Below are positions 29,981 to 38,543 of a stretch of DNA of 64,000 nucleotides, piece by piece. This DNA is from Faecousia sp. (GTDB lineage Bacteria > Bacillota > Clostridia > Oscillospirales > Oscillospiraceae). Within the stretch, counting starts at the first letter, position 1. Every line of letters starts with the position of its first letter. A program made the position numbers and the translations under genes. The DNA lies in assembly GCA_045533015.1 (NCBI GenBank), contig JAZSHB010000016.1:61-64060 (forward strand). Direction: 5' to 3'. The notes beneath the pieces are model-generated. The model was not told the origin of the DNA, ran no database searches, and saw only the letters and a list, made by a program, of their open reading frames with translations.

Positions 29981-30418
29981 TTACGGTACAGGATAATTAT
30001 TTATTAGGTGCAGGACCGCCTGCCTGTAGCCGTCCAATCCTTGACCCTTGATGGTCTTCACACAGGCAAGCCCGGCGTAAGAGATCTGGCGGAAGGGTTC
30101 CCGGGAATCTACATCGGATATATGGACCTCCACAGCCGGGATGGCAACGGCTTTCAGTGCGTCAAGAATGGCTACAGAGGTATGGGTGTAAGCAGCGGGG
30201 TTAATAACGATACCGTCAACGCAGCCATAGGCGGACTGGATCTTATCCACAAGATCACCTTCGTGATTGGACTGGTACTGTTCAATTTCGATATCAAGCT
30301 CTCTTGCGGTGGTTTCCAGCAGCTGTAACAGGTCGGCAAAGGTCTGTTTGCCGTAAATACCGGGCTCCCGGATACCCAGCATATTGATATTTGGACCGTT
30401 AATTACAAGTATTTTCAT
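29981..30418 (-). CDS. aroQ: Type II 3-dehydroquinate dehydratase
   Basis: NGPNINMLGIREP, QSNHEG, EVHIS. Confidence 0.96.
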   Translation of the reverse strand: MKILVINGPNINMLGIREPGIYGKQTFADLLQLLETTARELDIEIEQYQSNHEGDLVDKIQSAYGCVDGIVINPAAYTHTSVAILDALKAVAIPAVEVHISDVDSREPFRQISYAGLACVKTIKGQGLDGYRQAVLHLINNYPVP

Positions 30419-31648
30419 CTAAACCTCCAAACTAAGCGCCTCGATGATCGCATTTACAACAGCGCCTTCCTCTGTATCGTTACGGATACACAGATCGGCG
30501 AAGGCTGAATACAGTGGTTTTCTGACTTCGTACATTTGCTGCAGCATACCTTTGCGTGAAAGCGGGCGGCCTTCGGTGGGAAGCAGCGTCAGCTCCCGTT
30601 GCAGCCAAATGATCGTGCCGTTCTGGTGTAGCGACGGATAATTTTCCGGTCTTGTAATACAGCCGCCACCGGTGGCGATCACAAGACCGGAGCGCTTTCC
30701 CAGCTGCTGCAGCACTTGCGTTTCCATTTTTCGAAATCCTTCTTCGCCGTCATGAGCGAAAATATCGGCAATAGGTTTGCCTGCAGCATGGATGATCTCA
30801 AGGTCGCTGTCAACAAATTCCTTACCCAGTCGTTGAGCAAGAAGCTTGCCGATGGTAGTCCTGCCGCAGCCGGGCATACCGATGAGAATGATGTTTTCCA
30901 TCTGACTGCGAAGCCGGTCGTGAATATAGGCGATAGCGTCGTCGCTGATCTTCTGATCCAGAAACCATTCGGCGCTTTCTTTAGCCTGGGCGACCAGCAT
31001 CCACAGACCGTTCTGGGCGAGGATCCCACGCTGTTGTGCCTGCTGCAAAAGTGCGGTACGGGCAGGGTTGTAGATCATATCCCAAACAGCTTCCAGCTTG
31101 GGAAACCTGTCCAGATCAACGGGGGAGCAGCCCACATCCGGATACATACCTACCGGCGTTGCGTTTACGATAGCAGACGCATCGGTATGGCGGTGAAGGT
31201 TTTCATAATTGTTTTCGCCCTTGCGGGAAATGACCACCACCTGCGCGCCAAGCGTCTGCATAACGGCAACAGCAGTGACAGCGGCACCACCACTGCCCAG
31301 CACGAGCACCTTTTTGTTATCCAGGGATAAGCCGCTTCTGCTGACCATGGAATGAAAACCGAAGTAGTCGGTGTTGTGACCCACAAGACTGCCGTCCGGA
31401 CGGCGGATAATGGTATTTACCGCCCCCAACTTTTGTGCCTGTTCAGACAGCTCTGCGCAGTAGGGGATGACCGCTTTTTTGTAAGGAATCGTTACATTCA
31501 GACCTGTGAAGCTGCCATTGCGGAAGAATTCGGCAAGCTGCTCGGGCTCTTTTTCAAAGAGCGTGTAGCTGTAGCTGCCCAAATAGCTGTGGATCTGCGC
31601 AGAATAGCTGTGTCCAAGCTTTCTGCCAAGCAAGCCGCACTGCATCAA
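30419..31648 (-). CDS. aroE: Fused shikimate dehydrogenase / shikimate kinase (AroE-AroK)
   Basis: NVTIPYK, NTD, GSGG; C-terminal GMPGCGRT, ATGGG, GRPL. Confidence 0.92.
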   Translation of the reverse strand: MMQCGLLGRKLGHSYSAQIHSYLGSYSYTLFEKEPEQLAEFFRNGSFTGLNVTIPYKKAVIPYCAELSEQAQKLGAVNTIIRRPDGSLVGHNTDYFGFHSMVSRSGLSLDNKKVLVLGSGGAAVTAVAVMQTLGAQVVVISRKGENNYENLHRHTDASAIVNATPVGMYPDVGCSPVDLDRFPKLEAVWDMIYNPARTALLQQAQQRGILAQNGLWMLVAQAKESAEWFLDQKISDDAIAYIHDRLRSQMENIILIGMPGCGRTTIGKLLAQRLGKEFVDSDLEIIHAAGKPIADIFAHDGEEGFRKMETQVLQQLGKRSGLVIATGGGCITRPENYPSLHQNGTIIWLQRELTLLPTEGRPLSRKGMLQQMYEVRKPLYSAFADLCIRNDTEEGAVVNAIIEALSLEV

Positions 31649-32787
31649 ACCACCTCTGTGTAGCTGCCAAGATACTTAAATTGCTCGCCCAGGTCATCCA
31701 GCTCACACATAAGCTGAACAAATTCCTCAGAATAGATGGAAGTCTCCAGGTCAAAGTAGAACATAAACTCAAAATCTCTGTCGGGAATGGGGCGAGACTC
31801 CAATTTGATCACATTGATGCCCAGCACATACATTCTGGCAAGGACCTTATACAGCGCACCGGGCTTGTGGGACAAGATCATCATAATACTGGTCTTGTCA
31901 GAGCCAGGGTAGATCTCCAAATTCTTGCTGATGCAGATAAACCGGGTACGGTTGTTCCCCTCATCCTGGACAGAGGCAGCAAGACAGGTTAGCCCGTACA
32001 GCTCCTCACAGGAACGGCTGGACAGGGCTGCAACATCTTTTCTGCCGGAGCGTGCTACCATGCTTGCGGCAACGGCGGTGTTCTCCACAGGGATGATCTT
32101 AGCATCCGGGAATTTTTTGAGAAATTCGCTGCACTGATTGATTGCTTGTTCATGGGAATAGATCTCGGTGATATTCTCCATGGCAGTACCGGGCAATGCC
32201 AGCAGATTATGGTCGATCTTCAGACGGAAGGTGCGAACGATGGAAAAGTTGTGGTGGATCATCAGATCGTAGACCTTCTTGACAGAGCCTGCGGTAGAAT
32301 TTTCAATGGGCAGGATACCGTATTGACACAGACCTTGCTCAATTGCGGTGAATATGGCGTCAAAGCTTTTGAAGTACATAATGAAAGGCGACTTAAAGAT
32401 TTTCTCACAGGCGATCTGTGCGTAAGCACCTTCCACGCCCTGACAGGCAACCATCGGAGTCTGGGGAAACAGCTTCGGTGTATTTTCGATCGATTCGGTG
32501 ATCTTATTATAAAGCTCCGTGGTTTCGGTATTTCGTTTGCTTTGATAGCTGCGGCTAAGCTCAAAGAGCATGGAGTAGAGGACACGGGTGTAGTTTGCCA
32601 TTTCCGGTCCGGCTTTTTCTGCTACATCCTGAAGCACCTCCCGTTCCCGGGAAGGTACATAAATGGGCAGATTGTTTTCCTTCTTATAGTCGGCGACCTT
32701 GGCGGCGACCTCCATGCGTGCCGTGAACAGACGCACAAGCTCTGTGTCAATGTTATCGATCTCGTTTCTGAGTTCTTTCAGATCCAT
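31645..32787 (-). CDS. pheA: Chorismate mutase / prephenate dehydratase with ACT domain
   Basis: AroQ-type CM N-terminus, PIENSTAG, TRF, LESRP. Confidence 0.94.
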   Translation of the reverse strand: MDLKELRNEIDNIDTELVRLFTARMEVAAKVADYKKENNLPIYVPSREREVLQDVAEKAGPEMANYTRVLYSMLFELSRSYQSKRNTETTELYNKITESIENTPKLFPQTPMVACQGVEGAYAQIACEKIFKSPFIMYFKSFDAIFTAIEQGLCQYGILPIENSTAGSVKKVYDLMIHHNFSIVRTFRLKIDHNLLALPGTAMENITEIYSHEQAINQCSEFLKKFPDAKIIPVENTAVAASMVARSGRKDVAALSSRSCEELYGLTCLAASVQDEGNNRTRFICISKNLEIYPGSDKTSIMMILSHKPGALYKVLARMYVLGINVIKLESRPIPDRDFEFMFYFDLETSIYSEEFVQLMCELDDLGEQFKYLGSYTEVV

Positions 32788-32802
32788 AGTTTGTCACTCC
32801 TT

Positions 32803-33882
32803 TTATCCGATCTTGCAAAGCATGGCATCATAGACGGCAATGGCGGCAGCTGCCTCGATCACGGGGACAGCTCTGGGAACGATACAAGGGTCGTGTCTGC
32901 CCTTGACCACCAGCTCCTGCTGCTCCATGCGCATTAGATCGACGGTCTTTTGCGGATGGGAAATAGAGGGGGTTGGTTTGATAGCGGTCTGGAACACAAG
33001 GGGCATACCGTTTGTGATACCCCCAAGGATACCTCCTGCGTTATTGGTCACAGTTTTTATACTGCCGTCCTTAACGGTATAGGCGTCGTTATTCTGACTT
33101 CCCCGCAGATAGCTGCCGGAAAAGCCGCTGCCAAAATCCAGACCCTTAACTGCAGGAATGCCGTAAACGATCTGGGCGATGCGGCTTTCCATACCACCAA
33201 ACATAAGCTCGCCGATTCCCACGGGAAGCCCGGTCACGATACACTCAATAATACCGCCGACGCTGTCGCCGTCGGCGCGGGCAGCTGCGATTGCCTGTTG
33301 CATCTTTGTGCCGGCATCCGGATTGAGGACCGGGAAATCGTTTGGAATCTTCTGCAGATCGGGGTTGACCCAATCCAGATATACAGGGTCATCTGCAATG
33401 CCGGCGATCACGCAAATGTGTGCGCCAATTTGGATATCCTTCGCTTCCAGCCATTGCTTACACAGCCCTCCTGCAATGCACAAAGGTGCAGTCAGACGAC
33501 CGGAAAAATGCCCACCGCCGGCAGTATCCTGATAGCCGCCGTATTTGACCTGAGCAGTATAATCGGCGTGCCCGGGACGGGGATGATCCTTTAGGGATGC
33601 GTAGTCCCCGGAACGGGTATTGTTGTTGCGGATGATAGCGGTAATAGGGGCACCGCAGGTGTAGCCGTCTACGATACCGGAGAGAAATTCCGGCTTGTCC
33701 TCCTCCCGGCGGGGCGTTGAAAAGTCATTTTGCCCCGGTGCTCTGCGATTAAGAAACTGTTGCAGCTTATCCATATCTACCGGAAGTCCGGCAGGGACTC
33801 CGTCAAGGGTCATACCGATGGCAGCGCCATGGGACTGACCAAATATGGAAAGCTTGATTCGTTCACCGTATGTACTGCTCAT
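32803..33882 (-). CDS. aroC: Chorismate synthase
   Basis: GQSHG, RPGHAD, KPTPSI, GRHDPC. Confidence 0.96.
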   Translation of the reverse strand: MSSTYGERIKLSIFGQSHGAAIGMTLDGVPAGLPVDMDKLQQFLNRRAPGQNDFSTPRREEDKPEFLSGIVDGYTCGAPITAIIRNNNTRSGDYASLKDHPRPGHADYTAQVKYGGYQDTAGGGHFSGRLTAPLCIAGGLCKQWLEAKDIQIGAHICVIAGIADDPVYLDWVNPDLQKIPNDFPVLNPDAGTKMQQAIAAARADGDSVGGIIECIVTGLPVGIGELMFGGMESRIAQIVYGIPAVKGLDFGSGFSGSYLRGSQNNDAYTVKDGSIKTVTNNAGGILGGITNGMPLVFQTAIKPTPSISHPQKTVDLMRMEQQELVVKGRHDPCIVPRAVPVIEAAAAIAVYDAMLCKIG

Positions 33883-35059
33883 AACATCCTCCTAAGCGAC
33901 TGTATTCCTCCCAGAAGGAGGGATAGGATTTAGCAACGCATTGGGCACCGAGAACGGTTATCGGACCGTCCGCGACAGTGGCGGCAATGGCAGCTGCCAT
34001 AGCGATTCTGTGGTCGCCCACAGTATCGATGGTGCAGCTGTGATATTGGGCAGGATATACCGTTAGTTTGTTCTGCTCGACGGTCACTTTTGCGCCGAGC
34101 TTCTCAAGCATCTGGGCAACGGAATCGACCCGGTCGGATTCCTTGAGCCGCAGACGCTGGATGTTTTCAAAAACAGCGCCGCATTTTGCCCCTGCCGTTA
34201 TGGCAAGGATGGGAACAAGGTCCGGAATATCCGCAGCGTCAATGGTAATAAAGCTGCTCATTTTATCAAGAATTCCGGCTGCAGCCCGGTCGCCCTGGGC
34301 AGAAGAAGGATCCAGACCCAATATATCCAGTTTGCTTCCAAGCGCATTTGCTGCCAGGAAGAATGCGCCATTGCTCCAGTCGCCCTCAACAGCCAATTCT
34401 GAAGGTGACTGGAAAGGATAGCTGCCGCAGACACGGAAATCAGAGGTATTTACACCAAAAATCTGCATTACCTTTTGTGTCAAAGCTATATAGGGCTTCG
34501 ATTCTATCTTTCCGGTGACAGTCAATTGGCTTTGTCCAGGAATCAGAGCCATTGCAAACAAAAGCCCCGTGATAAACTGACTGGAAACACTGCCGTCAAT
34601 GGTGTAATTGCCTGGATTGAGCCTTCCTGTACAGCGTATAGTGTCACAGGTGGGTCTGCTCAGCGTACAGCCTTTACGCTCCATTTCCTCCCACAAGGGA
34701 CTGAGGGGACGCTGTGGCAGCCTGCCAGCCATCAAAAAGGTAGCATCCACGCCCAGCGCACCGACAATTGGCAGCATGAACCGTAGTGTAGAGCCGCTTT
34801 CCCGGCAGTTAAGAACAGCCTCTTTGGGGATATCGGTGGCAGGATTCACGCGGTAGCCGGTCTCGGTACGAACGATATCCGTGCCCAAAGCGCGAAGACA
34901 GTCAGCTGTCGCCTCAATGTCCTGGTTGGTTTCAGAACAATGCAGCGTGATCTGTCGGTCTGAAAAAGCAGCACAGATCAGCAGACGGTGCGCCTGGGAT
35001 TTGGAGGGGATGGCAGTGAGCGTTCCCGCGAGCTTGCGGGGAAAGATGGTGATATCCAT
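33863..35059 (-). CDS. aroA: EPSP synthase
   Basis: PSKS, ESGSTLR, SSQF, RLKESDR, DHRIAM. Confidence 0.96.
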   Translation of the reverse strand: MDITIFPRKLAGTLTAIPSKSQAHRLLICAAFSDRQITLHCSETNQDIEATADCLRALGTDIVRTETGYRVNPATDIPKEAVLNCRESGSTLRFMLPIVGALGVDATFLMAGRLPQRPLSPLWEEMERKGCTLSRPTCDTIRCTGRLNPGNYTIDGSVSSQFITGLLFAMALIPGQSQLTVTGKIESKPYIALTQKVMQIFGVNTSDFRVCGSYPFQSPSELAVEGDWSNGAFFLAANALGSKLDILGLDPSSAQGDRAAAGILDKMSSFITIDAADIPDLVPILAITAGAKCGAVFENIQRLRLKESDRVDSVAQMLEKLGAKVTVEQNKLTVYPAQYHSCTIDTVGDHRIAMAAAIAATVADGPITVLGAQCVAKSYPSFWEEYSRLGGCYEQYIR

Positions 35060-35060
35060 T

Positions 35061-36113
35061 TTATAAGCCTGCCTCAATAAAGGATAGTAATTCTTCCACG
35101 GGGGTGGGACGGATCATGCACGATCCGATCTTTTCCGGAATGATAAGGTTGACGGTCTGCCCACTTCTTTTTTTGTCGGACAGAGCGCTGCTATACAGCA
35201 TCTGCGCGGTGTGTTCAGTAGTGCTGGGAAGACCGAACCTGTCGATGACAGTCAAAATTTTCTCGCAGGTGTCCTGATCGCAAATACCCAGGGCGCGACC
35301 GGCTTTACTGACGATCGCCATACCGATGGCAACAGCTTGTCCATGGGAAACGGTAAAGTTGCTGTTGGCTTCGATTCCGTGGCCGATGGTGTGTCCTAAA
35401 TTTAGACGCTGTCGCGCACCGGTGTCAAATTCGTCCTGTGCTACCACATCCCGTTTCAGCGCAACGCAGCGGCTGACGACCATCTCCCGGTCAAAGGTCA
35501 GACCTGTTTTTTGCAGGTGCTCAAAAAGCTCTGAATCAAATAGAATGCCGTACTTGATGATCTCAGCACAGCCGTCCCGGAAAATATCCGGGGGCAGCGT
35601 ATCCAGCGCGTCAATGTCACACAGGACCAAACTGGGTTGATAAAATGCACCGGCAAGATTTTTTCCGGCGGGAAGGTCGATGGCGGTCTTACCGCCCACC
35701 GATGAATCGACCATAGCCAGCAGGGTAGTAGGCAATTGGATGTAGGAAATACCCCGCAGGTATGTCGCTGCGGCAAAGCCTGTCATGTCACCAACTACGC
35801 CGCCGCCCAGAGCAATGAGCAGATCGGACCGGGTCAGACGGTTTTCTGCCAAATAATTCAGTATAGATAAGTATGTGCTGCCATTTTTACTGGCTTCCCC
35901 GGCAGGAAAGACATAGCTGCATACTGTAAAGCCTGCGTTTTTCAGAGAGGTTTCTACCGCTGCGCCGTATATGGGAAAGACATTGCTGTCGCTGATGATC
36001 GCAGCTTTTCCGGTCTTACAATGTGCTGCGGCATACCCGCCAATTTGACTGTGTAGGTCGCTACCGATCAGGACATTATAGTTTTTGGATGCTGTGACGG
36101 CAATGGTGTTCAT
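35061..36113 (-). CDS. aroB: 3-dehydroquinate synthase
   Basis: GGGVVGD, PTTLLAMVDSSVGGKT, NLGHTIGH. Confidence 0.96.
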   Translation of the reverse strand: MNTIAVTASKNYNVLIGSDLHSQIGGYAAAHCKTGKAAIISDSNVFPIYGAAVETSLKNAGFTVCSYVFPAGEASKNGSTYLSILNYLAENRLTRSDLLIALGGGVVGDMTGFAAATYLRGISYIQLPTTLLAMVDSSVGGKTAIDLPAGKNLAGAFYQPSLVLCDIDALDTLPPDIFRDGCAEIIKYGILFDSELFEHLQKTGLTFDREMVVSRCVALKRDVVAQDEFDTGARQRLNLGHTIGHGIEANSNFTVSHGQAVAIGMAIVSKAGRALGICDQDTCEKILTVIDRFGLPSTTEHTAQMLYSSALSDKKRSGQTVNLIIPEKIGSCMIRPTPVEELLSFIEAGL

Positions 36114-36940
36114 CCGTCTACCTCCTCTTTGCGTCTGCGCCCCTCGTCAAGCAGGGCGACAAGACACGCCGCATCATCGTTGGATATAGCATTACGGTAC
36201 TGCTCTAAGCTGTCGATATACAGATCAAGCTCCCGGAGGATGTTTTCCTTGTTTGAAAGAAACAGCTCAGCCCACATTTCAGGATTGAGCCAGGCAACAC
36301 GGGTCAGGTCTTTATAGCTTCCGGCAGAAAAACCTTTGTGGGACAAGGCGGTTGGGGACTTGATAAAAGCATTGCTGATGATGTGGGGCATTTGGGAAGT
36401 GAAGGCGATCATCCGGTCATGCTCCGCAGCAGTGGTAATGGAAAACTGCTTGAAGCCGCAAGGGGAGAGTGCGTCCTTAACACGCTGCAGAAGAAGCGGG
36501 TCATCGAATCTGGGAGGGACCAGCACCATGGGCGCGCCCTGAAACAGATTGGAACGGCTGTATTTGAAGCCGGAGTTGTGTGAGCCTGCCATGGGATGTC
36601 CACCTACAAAGGTAAAGCCATACGCCTCGGCGATGGGGAAACAGGCATCGCAAATGTCCTTTTTAATACCGCAGCAGTCTATGACAAGTGTCGTTTTGGA
36701 AATATGCCGTGCATTTTCTTTCAGCCATGCAACGGATGCAGCAGAATAGATACTAAGGAGAATAAGCTGGCATTGGGGGATCGTGTCCTCATCCATAGGT
36801 CCGTCAACAACACCCGCCAGCTGCGCAAAGGAAAGAATATTTTGATTCCGGTTGAAGGCGAGAACTGTATGTCCGGCTTTCTTATAGGCTCTTGCCAGTG
36901 ACCCGCCGATCAGACCAAGACCCAATATTCCTACAGTCAT
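36110..36940 (-). CDS. tyrA: Prephenate dehydrogenase
   Basis: GLGLIGGS, GGHPMAG, EHD, TRVA. Confidence 0.93.
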   Translation of the reverse strand: MTVGILGLGLIGGSLARAYKKAGHTVLAFNRNQNILSFAQLAGVVDGPMDEDTIPQCQLILLSIYSAASVAWLKENARHISKTTLVIDCCGIKKDICDACFPIAEAYGFTFVGGHPMAGSHNSGFKYSRSNLFQGAPMVLVPPRFDDPLLLQRVKDALSPCGFKQFSITTAAEHDRMIAFTSQMPHIISNAFIKSPTALSHKGFSAGSYKDLTRVAWLNPEMWAELFLSNKENILRELDLYIDSLEQYRNAISNDDAACLVALLDEGRRRKEEVDG

Positions 36941-37938
36941 TGGATCGCCTCCCGGATTTTTTCTACTGTACGGTTGAGCGCAGCAAACTGCGCAGGTGTC
37001 AGAGTCTGGGCACCGTCACAAAGGGCGCAGGCAGGGTTGTTGTGGACCTCTACCATGATGCCGTCTGCTCCACAGGCAGCAGCTGCAGCAGCCATGGAGG
37101 GAACAAGTCCTGCCCGACCGGTTGCGTGACTGGGGTCAACTACCACCGGCAGATGTGTCAGTTCGTGGAGAACCGGCACGGCGGACAGATCCAATGTGTT
37201 GCGGGTGTAGGTCTCGTAAGTGCGGATGCCCCGTTCGCACAGAATGATATTCTCATTGCCTTCGCTCATAATGTATTCGGCGCTCATCAGAAGCTCCTGG
37301 AGGGTGTTGGCAAGACCGCGCTTGAGCAGAATTGGCTTTTTTGTTTTGCCGAGCTCCTGCAGAAGGTCAAAGTTTTGCATATTCCGGGCACCTACCTGGA
37401 TGATATCCACATCCTCGAAAAGCTCCAGCGTGCGGATATTCATGATCTCTGTAATGATCGGCATACCGGTTGCTTTTTTTGCCTCCAGCAGAAGACGCAT
37501 ACCTGCTTCCTTCAGACCCTGGAAGGCGTAGGGAGAGGTGCGGGGCTTAAACGCACCGCCGCGCAGAATGTTCGCGCCGGCTGCCTTCACAGCCTCGGCA
37601 ATGCCTATGATCTGCTCGTGGGATTCAATGGAACAGGGACCTGCGATCATAGCAAAATGTCCGCCGCCGATCTTGATATCACCGATCTGAATGATACTGT
37701 CGTTGGGGTGGAATTTGCGGTTAGCCTGCTTAAAGGGCTCAGAGACCCGCTTTACGCTTTCGACGATCTCCAGGCTGCTGAGCAGCTCGATGTCAACACG
37801 GCTTGTATCACCGATCAGACCCAATACAGTGATCTCCTGACCGGAGGATACATGGACATCAAGGTTCATGTTTTTCAGCCATACCAGCAAATGGTCGATC
37901 TGCTCCGGTGTTGTGTCTCTTTTTAATACAGCGATCAT
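36937..37938 (-). CDS. aroF: DAHP synthase (type I-beta)
   Basis: AGPCS, FKPRTSPY, KRG, DPSH; true start MIAVLK after GGAGG. Confidence 0.95.
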   Translation of the reverse strand: MIAVLKRDTTPEQIDHLLVWLKNMNLDVHVSSGQEITVLGLIGDTSRVDIELLSSLEIVESVKRVSEPFKQANRKFHPNDSIIQIGDIKIGGGHFAMIAGPCSIESHEQIIGIAEAVKAAGANILRGGAFKPRTSPYAFQGLKEAGMRLLLEAKKATGMPIITEIMNIRTLELFEDVDIIQVGARNMQNFDLLQELGKTKKPILLKRGLANTLQELLMSAEYIMSEGNENIILCERGIRTYETYTRNTLDLSAVPVLHELTHLPVVVDPSHATGRAGLVPSMAAAAAACGADGIMVEVHNNPACALCDGAQTLTPAQFAALNRTVEKIREAIQ

Positions 37939-37954
37939 AAAATCAAACCTCCAC

Positions 37955-37992
37955 AAAAAAACAACGCCGCACAGAATTGCATCTGTGCGGCG
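37955..37992 (-). terminator. Attenuator terminator upstream of aroF
   Basis: Minus strand CGCCGCACAGA-tgcaat-TCTGTGCGGCG followed by ttgTTTTTTT. Confidence 0.85.
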
Positions 37993-38040
37993 GGTGAAAA
38001 TACGTTGGTCACGGGAATATCCTTGCAGCACAAAACGCTA

Positions 38041-38109
38041 TTACTTTTTATCAATAAAAAAGTAATAGTAGTTAAAGTAAAACTGTGCATTGCAGGATAC
38101 AGCGATCAT
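38041..38109 (-). CDS. Phe/Tyr-rich leader peptide (22 aa) of the aro operon
   Basis: MIAVSCNAQFYFNYYYFFIDKK*, GAGAGG RBS, 8 of 9 consecutive codons are Phe/Tyr. Confidence 0.88.
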   Translation of the reverse strand: MIAVSCNAQFYFNYYYFFIDKK

Positions 38110-38141
38110 GGTGATAGCCTCTCGATCTTTTTAATAGCGCT

Positions 38142-38170
38142 ATTATAGCACCATGTTTTTTGTTTTTCAA
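38142..38170 (-). promoter_or_regulatory. SigA promoter of the aro leader
   Basis: TTGAAA-17 nt-TATAAT with extended TG on the minus strand. Confidence 0.75.
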
Positions 38171-38240
38171 GGGGGTAATCGTATATTTTTAACTTGCTTT
38201 GTAAAAATCTGCAAAAAGCAGCCGCGGAAGCGGCTGCTTT

Positions 38241-38512
38241 CAGTCTGTCGAAAAACAAGTTTTTCGACAGACTGCCAGAGGTCAAGGAAGCTCCAAAGAC
38301 AAGCAACCCGGGCTCGTCGGCGTACATAGGTACGGTAGAGACCGGGTTGCGCAGTAAGCCAAAATGGCTTGCAAAGCAAACATAGCTTCTTTTTTGGCAG
38401 GCGGGCAATGCCCGCCTCTACAAGGCTTATTGCTTGATCTGTAGCGTGTCTAGAAAATACCCCAAATCGCCCAATATCCATTTTGACGGTTTGGGGCTTT
38501 TTTGACAATCTG
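38241..38512. mobile_element. MITE-like non-autonomous element
   Basis: Imperfect TIRs CAGTCTGTCGAAAAA / TTTTTTGACAATCTG, internal hairpins, flanked by 26-bp direct repeats (38215-38240, 38513-38538). Confidence 0.6.
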
Positions 38513-38543
38513 AAAGCAGCCGCGGAAGCGACTGCTTTCAGAT

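Noticed and set aside
30419-31648. AroE-AroK fusion as a novelty
   Set aside because: A fusion I recall as recurrent in Clostridia; recorded as a feature only
38106-38508. ORFs of 63-113 aa across the MITE-like element
   Set aside because: No transposase motifs or RBS; they cross hairpins and the aro promoter
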